Below, piece by piece: positions 31,468-41,064 of a stretch of DNA of 64,000 nt (position 1 is its first letter; each line of letters begins with the position of its first letter). The notes under the pieces are model-generated. The model was given only the letters and a program-made list of their open reading frames with translations. It did no database searches and had not been told where the DNA came from. The translations under genes and the position numbers were made by a program. This stretch comes from Candidatus Multivoradales bacterium. Lineage in GTDB: Bacteria; Acidobacteriota; Thermoanaerobaculia; Multivoradales; JAHEKO01. The stretch spans positions 2,112,001-2,176,000 of the forward strand of contig CBDCXM010000009.1 in NCBI GenBank assembly GCA_965223855.1. The letters run 5' to 3'.

Positions 31468-31519
31468 CCCGCGAGGGTAGCGCGATCGGCGGGCGCCCGC
31501 CGGTAGAATTCGGCCACCG

Positions 31520-33139
31520 ATGCTCAAGAGCCAGAAGCGTCTCCTGCTGTTGATCGCCGCCCTGCCGGTCCTGCTGTTGGTGGTGGCGCTGGTCTACATG
31601 TTCGGAATGAACGTTCTCGAGGATTCGCCGCGCAGCTTCTGGCGCAGCCTCGAGTGGGCCGCCGAGACGGTCTCCACGACCGGCTACGGCGCCGACTCGA
31701 CCTGGACGCATCCTCTGATGGTGGCGTTCGTCGTGCTGTGCCAGTTCGGCGGCGTCTTCCTCGTCTTCCTCGTCTTCCCGATCTACCTCATACCCTTCCT
31801 CGAGGAGCGGTTCGAAGTGAGGGTGCCGACGACCGCCGGGGAGCTCGAGGAGCACGTCGTCGTCTACCGCTCGGGGCCTGCCGTGACCACTCTTCTCGCT
31901 GAGCTCGACCGCGCCGGCATCGAGACCCTGGTCGTAGAGCCCGACGAGAGCCGCGCGAGAGCACTGATGAACCGCGGTCGCAGGGTGATTCACGGTGCCC
32001 TGGAAGACGGTGTGCTCGAGCAGGCGTCGATCTCGCGTGCGCGGGCGCTCATCGCCAATGGGCGCGACGACGAGAACGCGGCGGTGATTCTCTCCGCCCG
32101 CCAGCTCGACGGGCCGAAGGAGATCATCGCACTGGTGGAGGAACCGGTCTATCGCCAGCCGATGATTCTCGCCGGCGGCACGGCGGCCTACACCCCGCGC
32201 CACGTGCTCGGCGCGGCTCTGGCGGCGCAGGCGTCGCGGCGTCTCGGTGTGGCGGTCTCCGGCACCCAGCAGCTCGGGCGCAACCTCCAGGTGCGAGAGG
32301 TCAGGGTCGGGGCGGAAAGCTCGCTCGCCGGACGGACCCTGCGCGAAGCCGATATCGGGCGCCGGACCGGTGTCACCATCCTCGGGCAGTGGGTGGGGGG
32401 GCGGCTGGTGCCGACCGCTTCCGCCGATGCGGTCATCGAGGCGAACGGCATTCTCGTCGTCGCAGGGGGCACCGAGAACCTGGACCGCTTCGCGGGCAGT
32501 TGCTCCTCGGAAGCCGAGGCGAGTTCGGGCCCGATCGTCGTCGCGGGCCTGGGTGAAGTGGGCGAGAAGGTCGTGCAACTCCTCAGGGACGCGGGCGAGC
32601 CGGTGTTCACCCTCGACCGCAGGGCGCCGGAGGCCGACCTGGTGGGCGATGTCCTCGACACGGCGCTGCTCGACCAGATCGATCTGGCGGCAGCCAGGGC
32701 CGTAGTGCTGGCGCTCGACTCCGACACCGTGACGCTCTTCGCCACCGTGGTGCTGCGCAGTCTCGCTCCGGCGGTGCCGATCATCGCCCGGGTCAACCGC
32801 TCGGAGAACGTCGAGCGGATCCACGCCGCTGGAGCCGATTTCGCTCTCTCGATCAGCCGGGTGGCCGGGCAGCTTCTGGCGCGCAGGTTGTTGGGGGAGG
32901 AGGCGATCTCGCTCGACGAGGAGCTGAAGGTGCTGAAGGTGGAGGCCGGGTCCCTGGCCGGTCATCATCCGGCCGGGCTCGACGTCCGCGACAGGAGCGG
33001 CTGCTCGGTCGTCGCCGTCGAGCGTGGCGACGAAGTGTGGGTGGAGTTCCCCGAGGACTTCCGCTTCGAGCCGACCGACGCCGTCTTCATCGCCGGTGGA
33101 GCGGAGGCGACCGCGGGCTTCTCAGAGCACTTCGGGTAG
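31520..33139 (+). CDS. Potassium channel with tandem RCK (TrkA-N/TrkA-C) domains
   Basis: 2-TM pore with ETVSTTGYG filter, two RCK_N/RCK_C pairs (second VAGLGEVG). Confidence 0.9.
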   Translation: MLKSQKRLLLLIAALPVLLLVVALVYMFGMNVLEDSPRSFWRSLEWAAETVSTTGYGADSTWTHPLMVAFVVLCQFGGVFLVFLVFPIYLIPFLEERFEVRVPTTAGELEEHVVVYRSGPAVTTLLAELDRAGIETLVVEPDESRARALMNRGRRVIHGALEDGVLEQASISRARALIANGRDDENAAVILSARQLDGPKEIIALVEEPVYRQPMILAGGTAAYTPRHVLGAALAAQASRRLGVAVSGTQQLGRNLQVREVRVGAESSLAGRTLREADIGRRTGVTILGQWVGGRLVPTASADAVIEANGILVVAGGTENLDRFAGSCSSEAEASSGPIVVAGLGEVGEKVVQLLRDAGEPVFTLDRRAPEADLVGDVLDTALLDQIDLAAARAVVLALDSDTVTLFATVVLRSLAPAVPIIARVNRSENVERIHAAGADFALSISRVAGQLLARRLLGEEAISLDEELKVLKVEAGSLAGHHPAGLDVRDRSGCSVVAVERGDEVWVEFPEDFRFEPTDAVFIAGGAEATAGFSEHFG

Positions 33140-33430
33140 GCGGTACCGGCTCGCAGGCCGGCTGCCCCAGCGTGCGAGCTTCAGGTGACGACCACGGCAG
33201 CCTCGGCGGTTCGAGCCGCAGTGCCTTTTGAAAGGAGAGGGGAAGGGGCTTCGGGTGGGGAAGCCTCAGGTCCTGTTTCGCTTCGATCGCCCGTCCTCGA
33301 GATGCGGAGAGGAAGCCGAGCCCCTGCGTACCCGGAAGAGCGGCCCTCTCCGGGCTGCAAGCGTCATGAGAGGCGGGGACGTCTCACAGCGGTCGACGGC
33401 TCGGGTGCCGTCGATCAACTGTTCTGCCCG

Positions 33431-34180
33431 CTATCCCGGTTGCCTCGCGAGCGGCACCAGCGGCGATTCGAGATGCTCTTCGGCGCCGCGCACGGCGAAC
33501 TCGATCGCCTCGTCGAAGTCGTCGGTCAGCAGCATCGGCAGGTACTCGTTCTCGTGGATGGTGCCCTCGCGCACCATGCTCTCGCGGATGAAGTCGAAGA
33601 GCGGCTCCCAGAACTCGGTCCCCATCAGCACCAGCGGGAACGAGCCGATCTTCTTCGTCTGCATCAGCGTCGCGGTCTCGAACACCTCGTCCATCGTGCC
33701 GAAGCCTCCCGGCATCGCGAAGAAGGCGTAGGAGTACTTGATCAGCATCATCTTCCGCACAAGGAAGTAGCGGAACTCCACCCAGCGGTCGAGATAGGGG
33801 TTGTGCTGCTCCTCGTGCGGCAACTCGATGTTGCAGCCGACGGAGGGGCCGCCGACGTCTTTGGCGCCTCGATTCGCCGCTTCCATCACCCCCGGCCCGC
33901 CGCCGGTCATGACGACGAAGCCGGCCCGCGCGAGCTGCCTCCCGGCCTCCCTCGCCAGTTCGTAGTAGCGGTGGTCCTCCTTGAAGCGGGCGGAGCCGAA
34001 CACGGTGGCGCAGGGGCCGATCGTGTGGAAGGTACGGAAGCCCCGCAGGAACTCGCGAAAGATCCGGAACGCCCGACGGCGCTCGCGCAGGAAGGGGTTG
34101 GGCCCTTCGGTCAGGCGGAGGTCGTAGGGATGGCGGGGAGGTGTCCCCCAGCGGTGAGGGGGCTTGGAGGCGTCGCTCAT
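33431..34180 (-). CDS. LOG family protein
   Basis: TVFGSAR, TGGGPGVMEAANRGA, PGGFGTMDE. Confidence 0.94.
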   Translation of the reverse strand: MSDASKPPHRWGTPPRHPYDLRLTEGPNPFLRERRRAFRIFREFLRGFRTFHTIGPCATVFGSARFKEDHRYYELAREAGRQLARAGFVVMTGGGPGVMEAANRGAKDVGGPSVGCNIELPHEEQHNPYLDRWVEFRYFLVRKMMLIKYSYAFFAMPGGFGTMDEVFETATLMQTKKIGSFPLVLMGTEFWEPLFDFIRESMVREGTIHENEYLPMLLTDDFDEAIEFAVRGAEEHLESPLVPLARQPG

Positions 34181-34201
34181 GGCGTCGGTTCCTCTCTGAA
34201 C

Positions 34202-35557
34202 TCAGTCGAGCTCGACGGACTCACGGTAGTCGGGGACGTAGACGTTGCGCTCCTGGCGCTCCTCGATCTCACGTCTCAGCTCGTCGGCGGGCTCCGGTTC
34301 TCCGTGGACGAGGAAGACCCGGCGCACGCTCTCGGGGGCCGGCGCGAGCCACTCGAGGAGCTCTTCGCGATCGGCGTGGGCCGAGAAGAGATCGACCTGC
34401 TCGACCTCCGCTCGTACTCCGTAGTGCCGGCCGTGGATCTTGATCGAGTCCGCACCGCCCGCCAGCGCCGCCCCGCGAGTTCCGGGCGCCTGGAAGCTCG
34501 GCAGCAGGACGGTGTTGCGAGCGTGACCGACGAATGCCTTCAGGTGATGGAGCACCCGCCCGGCGGTCGCCATGCCGCTCGCCGAGATGATGACTTTCGG
34601 CCGGTTGCTGGCGCTCAGACGCTTCGACTCCTTCGGTGAAGCGACGAACTGTGCGAGGCCCAGCGCCTTCGCCGTCTCTTCCCGATCGAGCTTGTGATCG
34701 CGCTCGTAGCGGCGGTAGACCCTAGTCACGTCGGTCGCCATCGGGCTGTCGACGTACACCGGCATCTGCGGGACGGTGCCTTCGCTGAAGAGCCGGTACA
34801 GGCAGTAGAGCATCGTCTGCGCGCGGCCGACGGCGAAGGACGGGATGAGGAGTGTGCCCCTCTTGCGCAGGGCGCGTTCGACGACCGGCGCGAGCGCCGC
34901 GATCGGATCCTGTCTTCTGCGGACCCGGTCGCCGTACGTCGACTCCATGACGATCCAGTCGGCATCACCGGCGGGAGTCGGCGGATCGTGCAGCAGATCG
35001 CTGTTGCGCCCGAGGTCGCCGGAGAAGAGCACTCTGACGCCGCCGACGGACGCCGTGACGGTTGCGGCGCCGAGGATGTGCCCGGCCCGGCGATAGGTGA
35101 GTTCGAGCCCGCCCGCCTCGAACGGTGTGTCGAACTCGCGGGTCTCCAGAAGCGCAATGGCGTTGCGGGCATCCGCCTCGGTGTAGAGCGGTTTCGCCGG
35201 CTTGTGGCGCGAGTGGCCTCGCTTGTTGGCGAACTTCGCGTCCTCCTCCTGAATGCGTCCGCTGTCGGCGAGCAGGATCTCGGCCAGCGCGGCAGTCGCC
35301 GGCGTGCAGAGAATCGGCCCCTGGTACCCATCGCGTACCAGCACCGGGAGGTAGCCCGTGTGGTCGAGGTGGGCGTGGGTGAGGACGATGGCGTCGAGCG
35401 AGGCGGGATCGAACGGCAGCGGCTGCCAGTTGCGCTCGCGGATCTTCTTGATCCCCTGAAAGAGGCCGCAGTCGAAGAGCACCCGCCTCCCGCCCTTCTC
35501 CAGCAGGAACTTCGATCCGGTGACGCACCCGGCGGCGCCGAAGAAGCTGAGTTTCAT
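34202..35557 (-). CDS. MBL-fold beta-CASP RNase family protein
   Basis: GAAGCVTGS, THAHLDH, AGHILG, FSGDLG, MESTYG, FAVGRAQ, SAHAD, VHGE. Confidence 0.94.
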   Translation of the reverse strand: MKLSFFGAAGCVTGSKFLLEKGGRRVLFDCGLFQGIKKIRERNWQPLPFDPASLDAIVLTHAHLDHTGYLPVLVRDGYQGPILCTPATAALAEILLADSGRIQEEDAKFANKRGHSRHKPAKPLYTEADARNAIALLETREFDTPFEAGGLELTYRRAGHILGAATVTASVGGVRVLFSGDLGRNSDLLHDPPTPAGDADWIVMESTYGDRVRRRQDPIAALAPVVERALRKRGTLLIPSFAVGRAQTMLYCLYRLFSEGTVPQMPVYVDSPMATDVTRVYRRYERDHKLDREETAKALGLAQFVASPKESKRLSASNRPKVIISASGMATAGRVLHHLKAFVGHARNTVLLPSFQAPGTRGAALAGGADSIKIHGRHYGVRAEVEQVDLFSAHADREELLEWLAPAPESVRRVFLVHGEPEPADELRREIEERQERNVYVPDYRESVELD

Positions 35558-35564
35558 TCCGATC

Positions 35565-36593
35565 TCAGACCGTGCGCCCGGCGAGGAAGCCGGCGAAGTC
35601 CTTGAGGCGGGCGGAGTAGCCCCATTCGTTGTCGTACCACGAGAGCACCTTGGCGACCCGGGAGTCGAGCACCCGGGTGCTCTCGGCATCGACGATCGAC
35701 GAGTGAGGGTCGCCCAGGATGTCGCGGGACACGAGCGCTTCGTCCGTGACGCGGAGGATGCCGCGCAAGTCCTCGCTCTCGGCTGCCGCAGCAAGCGCCG
35801 CATTGATCGCCTCGGGCGAGGTGTCGCTCTCGAGCGTCGCGACGATGTCGGTCACCGAGCCGTCCGGCACCGGCACCCTCATCGCCATGCCGTCCATTTT
35901 GCCCGCCAGCTGCGGCAGCACCTTCTCGGTCGCGACCGTCGCCCCGGTGGTGGTCGGGATGATCGACACCGCGGCGGCGCGGCCGCGACGGCGCTTGCGC
36001 ACCGGAGCGTCCATCAGCGACTGGCTGGCGGTGTAGGCGTGGACCGTGGTGATCATCAGGTGGCGGATGCCGAACTCGCGATCGAGCACCATCGCCACCG
36101 GCGCCAGGCAGTTGGTGGTACACGATGCCATCGACACGACGTGCTGGCTCGCCGGATCGTAGTCGTCGTGGTTGACGCCGAGCACGAACATGCCGTCGGC
36201 GTCGCTAGACGGAGCGGAGATGACGACCTTTCTCGCGCCGGCCTCGAGGTGCCCCGCCGCCTTGTCGCGCGCCCGGAAGGCGCCGGTCGATTCGATGACG
36301 ATGTCGGCGCCGAGCTCGCCCCACGCGAGGCGGGTCGGATCCGGTTCGGCGCTGACGGCGATCGTCGCGTCACCCACGTGGAGCGTGTCGTCGCCGTCGC
36401 GCGACACCTTCTCCGGGTACCAGCCGTGGACGGAGTCGTACTTGAGCAGGTAGGCGAGGTCGCCCAGGTCGGCCAGATCGTTGATGCCGACGACCTCGAA
36501 ACGCTCATCGGCCACGAGCTGCTTGAAGGTACAGCGGCCGATACGGCCGAAGCCGTTGATGCCGACGCGGATGGGAGCGGGTACGGACGTCAT
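35565..36593 (-). CDS. gap: Type I glyceraldehyde-3-phosphate dehydrogenase
   Basis: GINGFGRIGR, ASCTTNCLAP, RVP, WYDNEWGY. Confidence 0.97.
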   Translation of the reverse strand: MTSVPAPIRVGINGFGRIGRCTFKQLVADERFEVVGINDLADLGDLAYLLKYDSVHGWYPEKVSRDGDDTLHVGDATIAVSAEPDPTRLAWGELGADIVIESTGAFRARDKAAGHLEAGARKVVISAPSSDADGMFVLGVNHDDYDPASQHVVSMASCTTNCLAPVAMVLDREFGIRHLMITTVHAYTASQSLMDAPVRKRRRGRAAAVSIIPTTTGATVATEKVLPQLAGKMDGMAMRVPVPDGSVTDIVATLESDTSPEAINAALAAAAESEDLRGILRVTDEALVSRDILGDPHSSIVDAESTRVLDSRVAKVLSWYDNEWGYSARLKDFAGFLAGRTV

Positions 36594-36629
36594 GTCGAAG
36601 TCTCCAGCGGATGGGCCGGCGGGCGGCGG

Positions 36630-37616
36630 TCAGGTGGCGTCGATGAGGACGTTGGGCTGCTGGTCGCGCAGTTGATCGTACAGGCGGCGGGCGTCCTCCC
36701 CGCGGCACAGCTCGCTGCCGGGCGTCATGACGGCCGCCGAGCCCGCGGCGACGCCGTGTCTCACCGCGTCTTCGAGGTCGCTTCCCCGCGCCAGGGCGAA
36801 GGCGATGCCTGCGACCATGCTGTCTCCCGCTCCCACCCGGCTGGCGATCGGCACGACCGGGGAGGCGAATCGCAGCGCCCGGCGTCCAGCCGCCAGCAGG
36901 GCGCCGCCGATTCCCACCGAGATGACGATCGCCTCGGTGCCGGTGCGTTCGAGCAACGCCAGCGCGGCCTCGGCGAGCGAGAGGTCGATGTGGTCGGTCT
37001 TGCCGCCGACGAGCGCCAGGAACTCCCGCAGATTCGGCTTCACCAGGAAGGGGCGCGCTTCGACTGCGGCACCGAGAGCCTGCTGTGAGGTGTCGACGAC
37101 CACCCGGGCTCCGCGCTCGCGGCCCGCGGCCACGAACCTGGCGACCGCGGGCGGTTCGACGCCGGCCGGCAGGCTGCCGCTGAGAACGAGCACCATCTTT
37201 TCCCCGGGCCCGTCGCCGGAGCCTTCGTCTAGCGCCTCGCAGGCGGCGTCGAGGCAGGCCTCGACATCACGCGCCTCGAGTGCCGGGCCTGGGAGGACGA
37301 AGCGGAACTGGCGATCCGAAGTGGTCTCGTCGACCGTCAGGCTCTCGCGGGTGGAACCGTCGATCGGCAGGCGCCGGTGGGGGACCCCCTCCTCCCCGAG
37401 GCGCTGGGCGATGCGGTCGGCGCTGGCACCGCCGCCGGGAAACACGGCGAGCGCCTCGCCGCCGAGCTTGCGGACAGCTCGTGCGACGTTGATTCCGCCG
37501 CCGCCCGCTTCGAACCGCAGCCCGGAGAGTCGCAACTTGTCGTCCGGCACCACCGCCGGCACCGAACCGGAGACGTCGAGCGCGGGATTGAGAGTGACGG
37601 TGACGATCGGCGGCAC
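36630..37616 (-). CDS. 1-phosphofructokinase/PfkB family hexose kinase
   Basis: TVTLNPALD, GGGGINVAR, SGSLP, VKPNLRE, VGAGDSMVAG. Confidence 0.94.
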   Translation of the reverse strand: MPPIVTVTLNPALDVSGSVPAVVPDDKLRLSGLRFEAGGGGINVARAVRKLGGEALAVFPGGGASADRIAQRLGEEGVPHRRLPIDGSTRESLTVDETTSDRQFRFVLPGPALEARDVEACLDAACEALDEGSGDGPGEKMVLVLSGSLPAGVEPPAVARFVAAGRERGARVVVDTSQQALGAAVEARPFLVKPNLREFLALVGGKTDHIDLSLAEAALALLERTGTEAIVISVGIGGALLAAGRRALRFASPVVPIASRVGAGDSMVAGIAFALARGSDLEDAVRHGVAAGSAAVMTPGSELCRGEDARRLYDQLRDQQPNVLIDAT

Positions 37617-37793
37617 CGTGAGAGCGTAGCACCCACCGGTCGGCTGCCTGCGGTGATGTCAAAGCGACGCTTCGCCGGTCAAAACTACGCCCGACCGCGC
37701 TCGCCGGACGAGTCCGGTAGCCGTCACGCGCGCCCCGAGGGCAGGCCTGCGGACGGCACACCTTTTGCTACTTTCGACGCGGAGGAGGTCAGG

Positions 37794-38768
37794 ATGATCG
37801 AAGTCTCGAATCTCGTTCGCAGGTACGGCGACTTCACCGCGGTCGACGGCGTTTCGTTCGACGTCGGAGACGGTGAAATCGTGGGCATGCTGGGGCCGAA
37901 CGGCGCCGGCAAGACGACCGCCATCAGGGTCGTCACCGGGTTCCTGCCGCCCACGTCGGGCAGGGTACGCATCGTCGGCCACGATCTGTTCGAGGATCCG
38001 GTGTCGGTTCGGCGCAAGATCGGCTATCTGCCGGAGAACGTGGCGCTCTATCCCGAGATGCGGGTCACCGAGTATCTGGCCTACCGGGCTCAGCTCGAGG
38101 GAATGCCCAAGGGGGAGGCGCGAGGCGCGATCGATCAGGCGCTGGCCGACTGCCTCCTCGAGCCGGTCGCCCGCAAGGTGATCGGCACGCTTTCGAAAGG
38201 CTACAAGCAGCGGGTCGGTCTGGCGGCAGCGATCCTCCATCAACCGGAGGTGCTGGTGCTCGACGAGCCGACCGTCGGGCTCGACCCGAAGCAGATCATC
38301 GCCATCCGCGAGCTGATCCGGAAGCTGGGCAAGCAGCGTACCCTGCTGCTGTCGACCCACATCCTGCCGGAGGTCGAGCTCCTGTGCGATCGGGTGGTGA
38401 TCATCGATCGCGGGCGGGTGATCGCCGAAGGCACCCCCGAGACACTGCGCCAGAGCTGGCAGGGGGAGGCGAAGGTGACGGTGGAACTGGTCGACACGGA
38501 CGACGCCCGTGAGGCGCTCGAAGGCGTCGCCGGCGTGGAGACCGCGGAGTCGGTCGGCGGCGGACGCTACGAGCTGCGTTGCCGGCCGGGGACCGATCCG
38601 CGCGAGGAGATCTTCCGGCTCGCAGTCGAGCGAGGCTGGACGCTGGTCGGCCTCGCCCTCGAATCGGCATCGCTCGAGGACATCTTCGTCCGGCTGACGA
38701 CCGCCGACGCGTCTGCGGAGGCGACACCCGAGCCCGCGGAGGAAGCGCTGGAGGAGGCACAGTCATGA
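37794..38768 (+). CDS. ABC transporter ATP-binding protein (GldA-like)
   Basis: [22 protein letters not shown]; SD ggaggagg. Confidence 0.95.
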   Translation: MIEVSNLVRRYGDFTAVDGVSFDVGDGEIVGMLGPNGAGKTTAIRVVTGFLPPTSGRVRIVGHDLFEDPVSVRRKIGYLPENVALYPEMRVTEYLAYRAQLEGMPKGEARGAIDQALADCLLEPVARKVIGTLSKGYKQRVGLAAAILHQPEVLVLDEPTVGLDPKQIIAIRELIRKLGKQRTLLLSTHILPEVELLCDRVVIIDRGRVIAEGTPETLRQSWQGEAKVTVELVDTDDAREALEGVAGVETAESVGGGRYELRCRPGTDPREEIFRLAVERGWTLVGLALESASLEDIFVRLTTADASAEATPEPAEEALEEAQS

Positions 38769-39505
38769 ACGGGATTCTCGCCACGCTGTCGCGCGAGCTG
38801 AGGGCGTACTTCTTCTCGCCGCTCGCCTACGTCGTAGCCGCTCTCGTCCTCGTCGTCAACGGGCTGACCTTCGGCGTCATCGTCAGCTTCCTCAACGACC
38901 CGCGGTCGGGGATCGGCGCGCCGCTCGAGTTCTTCTTCGGTCAGACGATCTACTTCTGGCTCGTCCTTCTGTTCGTGACGCCGGTGCTGACGATGCGTCT
39001 CATCAGTGAAGAGCGGCGCTCGGGCACCATCGAGACCCTGATGACGGCACCGGTGAGCGAAGCGCAGGTGGTGGTCGGCAAGTTCCTCGCCTCGCTCGCC
39101 TTCTACGCCTTTCTCTGGCTGCCGACCCTGGTCTACGCCTTCATCCTCACGCGCTACCACGAGGTCGACTGGGGGCCCGTGGCATCCGGCTATCTCGGCA
39201 TCCTCGGCGTCGGAGCGCTCTTTCTGTCGGTCGGCATGCTCGCGACCGCGCTGTCGCGCAGTCAGCTCGTGGCCGCCATTCTCACCTTCGCGATGCTGAT
39301 CCCGGTGTTCACGTTCGGGCTTCTCAAGTCGCTGGTCGGCAGCGAGCGCCTGCAGACGGTGTTCGGCTACCTCGATCTGTGGGAGCACATGAGCGAGTTC
39401 TCTCGCGGGATCGTCGATACCCGCCATCTCGTCTACTACGTCTCGGCGACCGCCTTTTTTCTGTTCCTCTCGACCCGCGCCCTGGCGGTCAGGAAGTGGA
39501 GGTAG
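38765..39505 (+). CDS. ABC-2 permease (GldF-like)
   Basis: RELRAYFFSPLAY, LTMRLISEERRSGTIETLMTAP, RGIVDTR. Confidence 0.93.
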   Translation: MNGILATLSRELRAYFFSPLAYVVAALVLVVNGLTFGVIVSFLNDPRSGIGAPLEFFFGQTIYFWLVLLFVTPVLTMRLISEERRSGTIETLMTAPVSEAQVVVGKFLASLAFYAFLWLPTLVYAFILTRYHEVDWGPVASGYLGILGVGALFLSVGMLATALSRSQLVAAILTFAMLIPVFTFGLLKSLVGSERLQTVFGYLDLWEHMSEFSRGIVDTRHLVYYVSATAFFLFLSTRALAVRKWR

Positions 39506-39509
39506 CGCG

Positions 39510-41054
39510 ATGACCGACCACAATCGATCCCGGGCGGTGAAGGAGGCCTCGACTCTGGGTGTCGGCGTCCTCCTCGTCGCGGCCCTGTTGATCCTCGTCA
39601 ACTACTTCGGCTGGAAGTACCACAAGCGGATGGACTGGACGGCGAGCGAGATCTACAGCCTGTCCGAGAAGACGGGCAACGTGCTCGGGCAGCTCGACCG
39701 GGACGTCGTCGCCGTGATGTACATGGAGCCGACCGACGAGCTCTACCAGCCGGTGCGCGAGCTGCTGGCGCGCTACGAGGCGGCCTCACCGCGCTTCTCG
39801 GTGCGTGAGGTCGACCCTGCTCGCAATCTCGCCGAGGCGGAAGAGCTGGTGGCGCGCTACCAGATCGACGCCCTCAACGTCGTCGTCTTCGACGCCGACG
39901 GCGAGCGCCAGATCGTCGAGGCCAACGACCTTGCCGAGTACGACTATTCGGGGATGCAGTTCGGCCAGGCGCCGCAGATGACCGGCTTCTCGGGCGAGCA
40001 GAAGTTCACCAGCGCGCTGCTGAGCCTGACCCAGGCGGAGCGGCCGAAGGTCGTCTTCACGACCGGGCACGGCGAGCTCTCGCTCACAGACTTCTCACCT
40101 GCCGGGCTCTCGGGCGCTCAGGAACTGCTCGAGCGCGACAACTTCGACGTCGAATCGTGGGCGAGCCTCGGTGCAGAGGCGGTGCCGGACGGTGTCGCCC
40201 TGGTGGTCGTCGCCGGACCGACCGGCAACTTCCTGCCGCCCGAGATCGACCTGCTCGAGAGCTTCGTGCAGCAAGGGGGGCGGGTCCTCGTGATGCTCGA
40301 CCCGACTCTCAGCCCGACAGGGGGGCTCGTCGAGACCGGCCTCGAGGCGTGGCTCGCCGGCTACGGCATCGAGGTCGGGGCCGACATCGTCGTAGATCCC
40401 GCCAACCCGATGCCGTTCTTCGGTCCCGACACCATCTACGTCAACAGCTACGGCAGTCATCCGATCACCCGCTCGCTGTCGCAGGCGCAGCTGCCGGCGA
40501 TCCTCTCGCTGACCCGCTCGGTGGGAGTCGGAGACGACGAGATCGAAGGCTACGAGCTCACGACGCTGGTTGAGACCAGCGGAGAGGGTTGGGGCGAGAC
40601 CGACCTGGCCAACCTGACGGCCGTCGAGCAGGGTGAAGACGACGTCGCCGGGCCGGTGTCGCTCGGAGTCGCCGTCGAGGCTGCTGCCCCTACCGGGGAC
40701 ACCGGGGAGACCGGGGCCGCCGAAGAGGGGCGGGCCGAGGAAGAGCCAGGCGTCGAAGAGGAGGCGGCAGACGAGTCTCCGGGTGACCGACTCCGTCTCG
40801 CAGCCTTCGGCGACGCCACGTTCGCCACCAACGCGCAGTTGCAGAACGTCGGGAATCTGACGCTCTTCGCCAACACCCTCAACTGGCTCGCCGAGCGCGA
40901 GGCCCTGGTGGCGATCCCGCCGAAGACTCCGGAGAGCGTGCGGTTGAACATGACGGCGGCACAGATTCGCGGCGTCTTCTGGTTCGTCGTCCTCGGCCTG
41001 CCGTTGCTGGTCGTCGCCGCCGGTATCTGGGTCCACCAGCGTCGCAAGCGGTGA
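39510..41054 (+). CDS. GldG family ABC auxiliary protein
   Basis: DWT...YSLS, EQKFTSAL, FTTGHGE, FANTLNWL; N- and C-terminal TM helices. Confidence 0.9.
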   Translation: MTDHNRSRAVKEASTLGVGVLLVAALLILVNYFGWKYHKRMDWTASEIYSLSEKTGNVLGQLDRDVVAVMYMEPTDELYQPVRELLARYEAASPRFSVREVDPARNLAEAEELVARYQIDALNVVVFDADGERQIVEANDLAEYDYSGMQFGQAPQMTGFSGEQKFTSALLSLTQAERPKVVFTTGHGELSLTDFSPAGLSGAQELLERDNFDVESWASLGAEAVPDGVALVVVAGPTGNFLPPEIDLLESFVQQGGRVLVMLDPTLSPTGGLVETGLEAWLAGYGIEVGADIVVDPANPMPFFGPDTIYVNSYGSHPITRSLSQAQLPAILSLTRSVGVGDDEIEGYELTTLVETSGEGWGETDLANLTAVEQGEDDVAGPVSLGVAVEAAAPTGDTGETGAAEEGRAEEEPGVEEEAADESPGDRLRLAAFGDATFATNAQLQNVGNLTLFANTLNWLAEREALVAIPPKTPESVRLNMTAAQIRGVFWFVVLGLPLLVVAAGIWVHQRRKR

Positions 41055-41064
41055 GGGCGAAGCG

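Noticed and set aside
33140-33430. ORFs or ncRNA in a convergent gap
   Set aside because: Only terminator-like hairpins; translations are not protein-like
37650-37670. FNR/CRP site upstream of pfkB
   Set aside because: Only a half-site match
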